A DNA stretch of 64,000 nt. Source: Octopus vulgaris (taxonomy: Eukaryota). Positions 53,146 through 64,000 of the stretch are shown piece by piece. The notes under the pieces are model-generated. The model worked only from the letters and a program-made list of their open reading frames with translations. It was not told where the DNA came from and made no database searches. The translations under genes were made by a program, and so were the position numbers. The stretch is taken from the NCBI GenBank assembly GCA_951406725.2, contig OX597831.1:51894001-51958000 (forward strand). Direction: 5' to 3'. Within the stretch, counting starts at the first letter, position 1. Each line of letters opens with the position of its first letter.

Positions 53146-53895
53146 CTGCAATAGTAAGAAATTATGGTTATTAATTAACCCCTGGTATCATTTTGTTAGA
53201 TGTAATATTTATTTAGAGGTTATAAACTCTTTGGTACAAAGACATTTTGATTAATTAATAAATATTGATGTTCAGTTACTTGGTATAACAATTATTTTAG
53301 TAAAATAGTGAAAAAGAAACCATTAGCACCACCTCCCCCCAAAATTCTTTTTTTTCTTTTAGTTTTTCTTTTCTCTTGTTGATTATAACAGAATATGGAA
53401 ATTTTATGCTATTAAATAAGTTTTATTTTTCGTCTTCTTGATAAAATTCCAATTGGCAGGTTGTAAATATATACATTAGGAAATACTTACATTTCGAAAT
53501 TGCTCGTGGTGTGAACTAAGTTACCTCCCCTGAAATAAATCACGTCTACATTGCACATTATATACGCTATTAGCATACAACACCACATTGCGTGTGTGTG
53601 AGAGAGAGAGAAAAAGGAAGAGAGAATAAAGACGTAGCTGTGTGGTTAGTTCGTTTCCCAAGCACGGTTTCAGGTTCAGTCTCACTGCAAGGTACCTTGG
53701 GCAAGTTTCTTCTGTTATGACCCTAGGTCCACCAAGGACTTGTGAGTGGATTTGGAAGATGGAACTGTGTGTATACATACACACAGACACACACACACAG
53801 GGAGCACATAAGTGCAAAACAAGGCGGAAAAAATAGTACTCAAATACCAAAGGTAGAGTAATATGCTTTTATTAAAGCTTCAAAATTATCACAAG

Positions 53896-53935
53896 ACTGT
53901 TACTCAGAGTTTCACGTTTCTGTTCGTTGGACAGT
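53896..53935 (-). ncRNA. Degenerate type I hammerhead motif of a third family
   Basis: ACUGU-CCAACGA-ACA gaaa CGU-GAAAC-U cug A-GUA-ACAGU. Stems I and III are intact and the core is mutated. Confidence 0.45.
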
Positions 53936-54598
53936 TGTGATGAAAACTGAATTAAAATTGTGATGGCACATGTGATATAGTGTAATGTAATGTAGTTCAA
54001 ATACATGAATAAGCATTTAATACATATATATGGGGGAGGGTATGTGTGCATTTTTATCTACTTGTCTTTTCATTGCTTGATAGTTGCAAATGAGTGTCAT
54101 TTTCATACTAGCAATGTCATTCATTTCCAATGTTGTTCTTCAAGCAGTTTATTACTGCTCCACTATACAAACCACAAAATTAATAAAAACAGTAAAAGGT
54201 ACATGAAATAGGATAAAGACACAGAACTTCAGGAGGTAAAAACTCAGAAAAATGAAAGATAACACTAACACCTACTTTGATACTGTGTTACAAACCCATC
54301 CAAACCATACCAATGTAGAAAGACGGCATGAATTGTCAGGCAGCCAGCCTTTTGTGATTATATACCTAAGAATATACTTTGCCTTCTCAATAGAGAGAGA
54401 GAGAAGCTTGTCTATGATTAGGATTTAGCTCCAAAAACTATAATAGAAGTACCTTTAGTGAGGGTTAGTGTTGGAAGGGTTCAATTCACAGAGACTGTAC
54501 AATTCTTTACCCATAAATAGTTATTCTCACTCTATCTAGTTTCTCCCATTTATTTGTAGGGAGTCATGATAATGAGAGTAACAAAGCTGCCAACTTAC

Positions 54599-54704
54599 CT
54601 ATAGCTGTAGCTTGTTTTATGTCTTCAAACGTAAACTCATCTCCATCATTGAAAAGAAGGAAACACAGAGTCTGGAACAAAGATACCTGTAGTTCTTTCT
54701 TACC
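54599..54704 (-). CDS. CUL4: Cullin-4 exon ([35 protein letters not shown][E])
   Basis: [11 protein letters not shown] motif, tttag| and |gtaagt, 106 nt. Confidence 0.95.
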
Positions 54705-55894
54705 CTAAAAAGAAAAAGAAACGTCATTTAGAGAGAATGCAGTCTCCTACAGTACATGATGTGATGCTTTGAAAGCTGAGTATACCTACAGATTTAAATC
54801 TTCAGTATGGAGCTTTGATGTGGTCACATAATTTGATAGAAATAGTAGCAAATCTCACCCCCATATCACTCCCTACTACAATAAATAAAAGAATAGAAGG
54901 AATGGGTCAGCATAAGAGCATTTATGCAGATGCTCAAGCCACTAGGAATAGCAACCAAATCTTCCTCAAAACACATCTTACCATCATAGCAAAGACAGAT
55001 ATGCTGAATAATGTAACATGGTCCTGGATTTCAGTGCATGTTAGAAAAACACAGGATAGTCACAACTACAATGCCTTTGTTCAAAGGTACTACAACAACC
55101 TACTTAACTCAAAGAGCAGGATTTCTGTATAAGGTTGATTTTAGACTGGTGAATGACAAAATGTTTGAAATGTCTGTATATGTGATGGCTAAATGATTGA
55201 GCAGTTCACCTCCTTATCATGTGATACTGGTTTTAATCCAACTGTACTGCATTAGGGGCATGTGTTTTCAATTGTAGCCCCAAGTCTAGCTTGAAGGAAT
55301 ATATCTCTAATTCAAACCCTAGCTTTTCTCACTAAGTCAGTCATTGCCTATGCTATAGTACCACAAAGAAGTTCTGTTGAAATAGCTATGACACTCATTG
55401 TGAAAAAACCAGAGCCATCATATTTGTTAACTGAGACCAAACAACTCACAACTGTTAAGCATGTAGCCTGCTCATGTTCCTCGTAAAACTAGCTCCATCA
55501 TCAAAAATTCCAGGATTGTTACAGAAGGACAATAGTGGAAAAAAAAATCAACAATTACACTAAATGCTAACCTGACACTTGTAATCTATATAAAAATTAC
55601 TTAAGAAAAAATATATGAAGTTGTTTTCACAAATTACACAATATTGAAGCTGTGTTATGGAATATAGTGGTAAATAAGGTTCAGTTTTATCACCATTAGC
55701 AGGGATGAGCAAAATATTTTTTTATGAAACTGCATTTTGTTAGGCAATTTTCTAATAGATTACACCTTCCAGAGTGAATTTATTGAAAACCACATCCATC
55801 ACTTAAATAACAACAAACATTGCACAGTAAAAGTTTCCACCCCAAAATCAAAAGCATGCGGATATGACCATACTAGTTGATATATACAACTCAC

Positions 55895-56008
55895 GTTACT
55901 AAATTCTGCTTTTAAGACACAATGACCCAACGTAGGCTGCCACTGGAGTTTGCGACCACTGTGCTTTCCGAGGTAAAACTTCTTAAATATTTCTTGATAT
56001 TGAACCAT
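55895..56008 (-). CDS. CUL4: Cullin-4 exon ([38 protein letters not shown])
   Basis: [14 protein letters not shown] as in CUL4A/B, tttcag| and |gtgagt, 114 nt. Confidence 0.95.
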
Positions 56009-56188
56009 CTGAAATGACAGAAACATAATACATTGAAACAAAGTAAATGTATATATATAGAGAGAGAGAGTACATTCACTTATTACTATCATATTTTATT
56101 GCTAGCAAGGACTGCACCAAAATAACAAATAACTGTGTGTACTTATCCTGCTTAGAAACGTTTGTGATAAGTGGCTCTAATTAAGGTA

Positions 56189-57432
56189 TTGGGTCATCCC
56201 ATAAATAATGTAGTTTTTTTATACTTCTTTTATTTTCCAAAATTAAGATACATTTTTTTAGATCTAAAACATACTCTCCTTCATTTTCTACAATGCTCTT
56301 CCATCTATCTGGTAGACTTGCAAGGCCCCTCTTCCAAAATTCACTTGTCTGTGATGAAAAATACTCCTCTGGTACTGTTGTGACCTTGTCTACAGAATTC
56401 ATATTTTTTCCATCCAAATCATTTTGAAAACTGCAGAATAAATGATAATCAGATGGGGCAATGCCTGGCGAATATGGTGGGCAGGGCATCGTTTCCCATT
56501 CAAACTGCTCTACCCTTTCAAATGTTATCCTCGCTGTATGTGGCCGAGCATTATCCTGATGGAAGAACACCTTTTGTCTTGAAACCAAAGATGGTCGTTT
56601 TTCTTCTAGCACTGACTTAAGCTGCACACAGTAGAGCTCCTTTGTTATTGTTTGGTTTGGGTTTTAAAGTTCAAAGTGGACTAAACCTTTCATATCCCAC
56701 CAAACATAGCAACACCTGATGTGAGAGAAGACCTTCTTTAGCCTATGATGCTGGTGTTTCTCTTTTCCCTACCCTGTCTTGGGCTCTTGACATTTTTATA
56801 GAGAACCCATGTTGTCACTATTCAGTCCCCAAAAATTTCATTTGTGAGACATGACAGCAAAGAAGAGCATACATTCACTCTCTGTACACAATTAGATTCA
56901 GAAAGTTTGTGAGGAACCAACTGACCCAATTTGCTGACTTTTCCAATGGCACGCAGGTATCAATGAATAGTTGAATGACCAAATCCAAGCTTCTCTGCTA
57001 GTTCAACAGTTATGATGGGATTTTGTTCCACCAGTGTTTGCAGGACGTTCTCATCAAACTCTACAGATCTTCCAGGACAAGGCTCATCTTCTAGGCTGAA
57101 GTTTCCAGCTTGGAATATCTGGAACCACCGTTGACACTGGTTTATGCTTATTGTCCCATCTCCATACACTGCATTAATATTCCTTGCATTTTCCATTGTG
57201 TTGTTGCTTTTATCAAACTCATAAAGCAAAATATGCCGCTTTGTTACTTCCATTATAGCATTGAAAAAATAACTTAAAATCCAAATGCACTCTTCAAAAC
57301 TTGCACTAAGAATAAGGACAAGGTAAAATTACTACCTGCTTTTATAGCAAGTTGATGCAGGTAGTTTATCCCGTTCCCATCTGCCTTTTAGTTCATGCAA
57401 TTGAAAAAAATCACATTTATAGGATGACCCAA
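56189..57432 (-). mobile_element. Full-length defective DD34D mariner in a CUL4 intron
   Basis: TIRs TTGGGTCATCC(C/T)ATAAAT, 1244 bp. Peptides MEVTKRHILLYEF…CQRWFQIFQAGNFSLEDEP and HQDNARPH…PPYSPGIAPSDYHLF (34 residues between the Ds). Confidence 0.93.
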
Positions 57433-58140
57433 AATATCAAGTTTCCTTTGCTAAGTTGTGTATACCTCAACTCTCTACCACAAGCTCATAATATTTGTCA
57501 TGGACATATAATATCACACAGTTCCATATCAAAACAGGCATATTTCATACACTTAGGTTTGTCTCTCAATTCAGCATTTCACAGGCAATTAACTTTCCAG
57601 GAACCTAAAGACTGTTGTAATTATCTCAAGCTCAAAAGTTTACCTCCCCTATCTTTCTCTATTATTCACTCATGTATAACTAACTGTTCCCAGCTTTATA
57701 GTGTTTAGTAAAAAAAAAGAAAGCCTATAAAAGCAATGCAATCATCATCATCATTTAACAACCGGCATTGGAGGAGGTGATCCAGTATTAGATGAGGAAA
57801 GGTTAGAGTGTGACAGAGAAATAAAGAGGAAGAAATATAGGCAGTAAAAGCAGAAGATTTATACTGACACACTGACACTCATTGGAATGTACAGGTATGA
57901 TGATGCATGGCAATGAAACAAGACCAATAACCAACAGAACCTGAAGAAAATGTTCATTAAAATTCAATTTGATGTACAGATCTAATTTTCTAAGACAGGT
58001 GAAATTGTATTGATGAAATGACTGGATATTTAAAGATATCAACAAATTGGTGCTCTACTATGGGCATATAAAATGAATAAATGCACAATAAATTAGGGCC
58101 AGGGTAAAAAATGGACTGATACAACTTTAGAAGTCAAAAT

Positions 58141-58911
58141 ATGACAAAAGACTAACACATACTTAGATGCTATACTGCAAGCCCATCCAACCCATGTCAC
58201 ATGCTAACATGGGAAAAAGGCATAACACTTTGCAATGGATTAAAACTTAAAAATTTGAATTATTACATATAATAAAATTATAAAATTTATATATACACAA
58301 CAGTCAAGTATTGAAATAAAAAAATGATTTTAAAAGCCAATGTTCCTAAAATTATTATTAATTTAGCCACATCACTTCAGATTCCCAATTCAAATCCAGC
58401 CAGGGGCGACTTTACCTTTCATCCTTCTGGAATCAATGAAATAAGTACCTGTCAAATACTGATGTTGACTATATCATCATCATTTAAAATCCATTTTCCA
58501 CGATGGCATGGGTTGGACAGTCTGACAGGAGCCGGCCAGACTGTTTCTTGTGACATGATATCTATGGCTGGATACCCTTCCTAACATCAGGCACTCAACA
58601 GAGTGTGCTGTGTGCATTTTACATGTTAACACAGCATCGGCATGAGTGCATTTTATGTGGCACCAATATCTGTAAAGGACAGGCCTGTATGCATGGATGG
58701 CAGCAATTTTATTTGGATTGATATGTCTTCTCAAGTACAGCAAATCACCACAACTCCCAGTCCCTTGTCATTTCCTTAGTGAGACCAAAAGATGACAAAA
58801 GACTAACACATACTTAGATGTTATACTGCAAGCCCATCCAACCCATGTCACATGCTAACATGAGAAAAAGGCATAACACTTTGCAATGGATTAAAATTTA
58901 AAAATTTTAAT
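58141..58911. repeat. 120-bp direct duplication (58141-58260 and 58792-58911)
   Basis: About 4 mismatches between the two copies. Confidence 0.9.
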
Positions 58912-59140
58912 CCTTTCTCACCATTTCATCCCATGTCTTCCTGCATCTACTCCTTCCACAATAAGAGCTTTGCACTTCTTTATGCAGCTGTCCTCATCCA
59001 TACACATCACATGACCAAACCAGCACAGTCTTCTCTCTTGCACATATCTGATGCCTCTTATACCCAGTTTTTTCTCTTAAATCACTTACACTGTCATGTG
59101 TGCACAGTGACATTACCTGTCTATTAGAATATGCTAGCTT
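58912..59140 (-). mobile_element. RTE-clade LINE fragment, RT C-terminal region
   Basis: KLGIRGIR…QERRLCWFGHVMCMDEDSCIKKC…GRSRCRKTWDEMVRK. Confidence 0.75.
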
Positions 59141-59398
59141 CTTCCCAAAATTTGATGTCTGGCCTTGAGCTTATGTTAGAAAATTATTATTATTATTACC
59201 ATCTTCAACTAAATTCAGTATAAACCAAACCAATTAACCACTTGTCAGTCATGTTGATTGAACATGTAGAAGTATACTAAGACTTGATCTCCTAAACATG
59301 TGGTCATTAGGCCAGAACATTAACAATATAACAACTACCGTGTTTCATTTAAAGAGAATGAAAACAAAAAACGAAGGTCATTAAGCTAGTTTACTTAC

Positions 59399-59506
59399 CT
59401 CAACAGGAAGATGCACCTCCATATGTGGGTATGTAGGCCAGTAACCCATTGTTAAAATATTTACAGTCAGATCAATACCGCCAGGCTGAGAACGTGCAGG
59501 CATATG
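59399..59506 (-). CDS. CUL4: Cullin-4 exon ([36 protein letters not shown])
   Basis: CUL4-typical [18 protein letters not shown] boundaries, 108 nt, phase 0. Confidence 0.93.
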
Positions 59507-60017
59507 CTGGTGGGTAATATCAGAGATATTAATTGAAACACACAACAATAACAGTAAAGCTTAATGTAATGTAAGTGAATGGAATTGTGAAAGAAATGTT
59601 GACAACAAACAATAATATCAATAAGAACACATAACTTTTCAAATTCATGTTGTATTAAAATGAAGTTTCATGAATATATTTCAACTTCTTCCCCTTCTAC
59701 CAAATGAACATACAGTTGTTTTAGTGTTAAATGCCATTTGATTTTTTCAAATACTATCTTTCTTTTTTTAACTGTGCATTCAACTATCTGAAGAAATAAT
59801 TTGACTGGCTTTTAATCTCTACTTACTCCATCCTAATTTTTCCTATTACTCAAAATAAAATTTCTACAAACTAAAAAGAAATTTCTAAAAAACTCCTATT
59901 ACAACAACATGAATTATTTTTCTTTTATTTTCCTTTTATTTGTTTTCTAGTATTGGTTTCAAACAATCAAATGTGGCTATGTTGGGGCACTACCAAATCA
60001 ATTGTTTTCATGTATCA

Positions 60018-60152
<135 letters not shown>

Positions 60153-60772
60153 TTACATGTGAGATTTTTTTAAAAATTTAAGTACACAAAAGATAGTTTT
60201 TAACATTTAACAATTATTCCTATATCATATAAATTTTTGTCCCAGACGTGCATGTGTACAAACACACAACAATAAACATATATTTCATCATCATCATTGA
60301 AGTCCATTTTTCCATGCTTGCACGGGTCAGATGGAATTTGTTGAAAGGGACTTTCTATGGCTGGATGCCCTTCCTGTCACCAACTCTCACCTGATGTCAA
60401 GATAAAGGTGCACGTAAGCACACACATATATACATACATGATGGGTTTCTTTCAGTTTCCATCAACCAAATCCAGTCACAAGGTTTTGGGTAGCCTGGGG
60501 TTATAGTACAAGACTAATTGGGGAAACTCAGTCAAAGTGCTTTAAAAGTTTCACACAACCCAAGTAAAACAATTTAAGTCTATATATAAGATACATTCAT
60601 CCCATTTGCTTTAAATTGATCCATGGTCTGTTTTCCAAGGGTTGGCTCTCTAAAAATGCTTTATAGTTATTTCCCTTACAAACCAGACTCCAGTTGTCTG
60701 TATATAGTATTTTATTTATATTATATAACTGTATTTATCAATCTTCAGCCTAATTCAGATCAGGGTGAAGGT

Positions 60773-60813
<41 letters not shown>

Positions 60814-61175
60814 GATGGCATTTTGAAGGGCATCTAGCTGTAGAAACTTTGCCAGATTAGATTGGAGCCTGGTGCAGCCTTCTGGCTCACCAGCCCTCAG
60901 TCAAACTGTTCAGCCCATGCTAGCATGGGAAGCAGACATTAAACGATGATGATGATATATGCTTTGTATATATTTGAGATTCTTCCCTTTACATAGACAT
61001 TATTACCATAGCTGTAATTAATAATTAATTTTTATTATTCAGAGCACTTTCAGTGTACACTACACACACAAAGATACAGCTAATAACATTGATTTAAACT
61101 CAGAACTTTAAATAGATATTACTAAGTGCAACCAGGCATTCTGCCTAACACTACCAACTTTGTCAGTCAACAATC

Positions 61176-61215
<40 letters not shown>

Positions 61216-61837
61216 TAATGTAGCATTGTGAACAATATATAGTAATATAGTATATTAAACATGTATGAACATTACACATTGATTTTCAGCCTACTCTTTC
61301 TACTGGATTTTAGCTACTTATAAAAATAATTGCCACCAACTAAAACTCACAAGCCCAAATTACCAGTAATAGGTCTAAGAGTACTAACAACACATGGGGG
61401 GAGAAGAAGAAAAACAAAATCACCCTTCATCAACTGGGAGACTTTTAACCATCACTGCAATACTTTTAAGAATACTTTTATGTATGCACAACCCTTTAAG
61501 CTTACACTAATGTACCTCAGTTGGGCTTTCTGGTCCCTTGTCAAGAAGGTCTCTACTAACTTTGTAATACTGTATTCCCATTACCAAGCGAAGAAATTTC
61601 TCTAACTCTACCGACAACCATCCAAAACCATCTGATATATTCATCTCTACACCTCTTGTTATTACTCTATTTTCCCAGCCCTCTAAATCTCAGGATTGAT
61701 AGAACAATTTGTCGCTACCTTAAACCACATACCCACTTCAACACAGGATTCTATTGCTCTAACCACAAACACTTCAACACAGATGATGCTACCCTTCACT
61801 CCTTAACTTTCTCCATACAAATATCCTCCACATGCTG

Positions 61838-62100
61838 ATGCCATGTAAAAAGCAATGGTAATAGTACCACATAAAATACACTGGTAATGGAGTCACACAA
61901 TACTGGTCTTATGTAAAAAGTACTGGTGATGGTGCCACATAAAAAGTACTGGTGCTGATGTCATGTAAAAAGTACTGGAGCTGGTGACATATAATAATTG
62001 TACTGGAGCTGGTGCCATGTAAAAACCACTGGTGATTATGTCACATAATGCTGGTGCTACATAAAAAACACTGGTGCCATGAAAAAGCAACCAGTACACT
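61838..62100 (+). repeat. Degenerate ~26-bp tandem array (ggtgccacataaaaagtactggtgct) inside a family D copy
   Basis: About 10 diverged units. Confidence 0.75.
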
Positions 62101-62503
62101 CTGTAAAGTGATTGGCATTAGGGAGGGCATCCAGCTGTAAAAACCAGGCCAAAACAGACTATAGAACCTGGTGCGACCCCTGACCTTATTAGTTCTTGTC
62201 AAGCCATTCAACCCATGCCAGCATGGAAAACGGATGTTAACTGATGATGATGCAATCAATGCACTGCTTCCATAAAGATATCCTGATAAAAATTCTCCAA
62301 TGAAGACAATACAGCCTGGTTTTCCACAAACAGTTCCCAGACAAAATTCCTGCTTGTATCAGTGAAAGTATTACCACTAGACACTCTACAGTTACAACTA
62401 TACCTCAACTAGATACAATATTTCTAGGTTTCCTCTTTATCTTTTTACTTGTTTCAGTCATTGCATTGAGGCCTATACCAGGGTACCACTGAATGGCCTA
62501 ATC

Positions 62504-62801
62504 CATAGGTTCTCAAAGTGGGTACTGTGAGGGTCCAGGTGGGTGCTGGTGTCTGAGGGGGTGGTAGAGGAAAAGGAGGCATTGGGAGAAAGGCAGTGGA
62601 TTGGGGGATGCTTATGAATTTATAATGTTATAGCATTGTATACAAATTATATAATAATATTAAATATCAAATGATTCATAGTATATATAAATTAGTAAAA
62701 TATAAATTTTTTATTTATACATAAAAACAGGCGTGGGGGTGCTGAGAGTATTATGTGGTCATGGGTGGGGGGCATTGGCCCAAAAAGTTTGAGAACCTCT
62801 G
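62504..62801. mobile_element. hAT/Charlie-like MITE nested in a decayed family A SINE (62440-63052, -)
   Basis: TIRs CA(T/G)AGGTTCTCAAA and 8-bp TSD gcctaat(c/t). Confidence 0.8.
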
Positions 62802-64000
62802 GCCTAATTGAACAAATTTTTTAAAGTCTGGTACTTATTCTATTGATCACTTGCTGAACTATTGATTGTCAAGTGGTGGGGTGAGACAAATACAAACACA
62901 CACACACACACATGATGGGCTTTCAGTTAACCAAATTCACTCACAAGGCATTGGTTGGTCTGGGACTATAGTAGAAGACACTTACCCAAGGTACCACACT
63001 ATGGGAATGGACCTGAGACCATGTGGTTGCAAAGCAAGCTCCTTAACCACAGTCATCATCATTTAATGTCCGTTTCCCATGCTGACATGAGTTGGACCAG
63101 AAGGCTACACCAGACTTCACTCTCTACTTTGGCATAGTTTTATGGTTAGATGCCCTTCCAAACACCAACCACTTTAGAGTGTGGATGGGATGCTTTTTAT
63201 GTGGCACCAGACACCAGCAGGGTCACAAAATAACTCACAAAACAAAGATATTTGGGGGGGGGGGGGGTGAAGGAGGTAGCCTTGTGCCCAGCTGATGAGA
63301 GGTTAGAGTGTGACAAGAGGACAGAAACATATCTTGTAGAGGAGATACATGTTTACCCCAGTCAGAGAGAGAGAGGGACCAGATGCTTTACTCTAATTCC
63401 CTCACATTGATTACTCACATCATCATCATTTAACGTCTGTTTTCCATGCTCGCATCGGTTGGATAGTTTAACTGAAAACTGGTAAGCTGGGGAACTGCAC
63501 CAAGTTCCACTCTGATTTGGTATGGTTTCTATGGCTGGATGCCCTTCCTAACACCAATCACTCCAAGAGTGTAGTGGGTGCTTTTTACATGCCACCGGTA
63601 CAGATGCCAGTTATGTAACATCAGCATTGGCCACAATTACAATCCCACTTGGCTTGACAAATTTTCTCAAGCATGGTATGTCACAAAAGGTCTCAGCCAC
63701 TCGTCACTACCTCTGTGAGGCCCTGTGACAGGTGACTGAGATCTTTCGCAATATATTGTGCTGCTACACATAAACAACAGAAACCATGTCCAAAAAAAGG
63801 CCATCCAATTGATTGGTAAAGACTTGCTCATTAACACACTATAACTGACTTGCAGATCCACTGTTTTCCCTCCACTATTGCAATGGATTATCCTTCCTCT
63901 GTACAAACAAACAACAGTACCTCTGGCCTACCAACCAAATGTACCCCTTCTCTTCTTGATTCACTTCCCTTCTAAATCTACACTATATATGTATTCCTTA

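Overview
A eukaryotic, AT-rich and extremely microsatellite-rich window ((CA)n, (TA)n, (TACA)n, (ATT)n, (GATA)n). The repeat families point to a cephalopod, probably Octopus (inference). It holds the 3' parts of two convergent intron-containing genes. On +, five exons of a DUF885-family putative metallopeptidase run from 5083 to 28598 and end in a hydrophobic tail. On -, eight exons of Cullin-4 run from 60130 down to 49479. Both genes begin outside the window, and every exon junction read is GT-AG and in phase. The rest is transposon debris: a DD36E Tc1-like element, DD34D mariners, several MITEs, non-autonomous Helitrons, remnants of Penelope-like, R4/Dong, RTE and CR1 retroelements, and at least four SINE families. 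The most notable signals are (1) several short (TA)n-associated elements carrying hammerhead-ribozyme folds, one intact inside a perfect 113-bp inverted repeat, (2) the DD36E spacing of the Tc1 element, (3) a SINE-LINE pair with a covarying 3' stem-loop, (4) R4-type fragments sitting in (CATA)n, and (5) CpG decay concentrated in the CUL4 gene body. Almost all ORFs in the supplied track are microsatellite artefacts.
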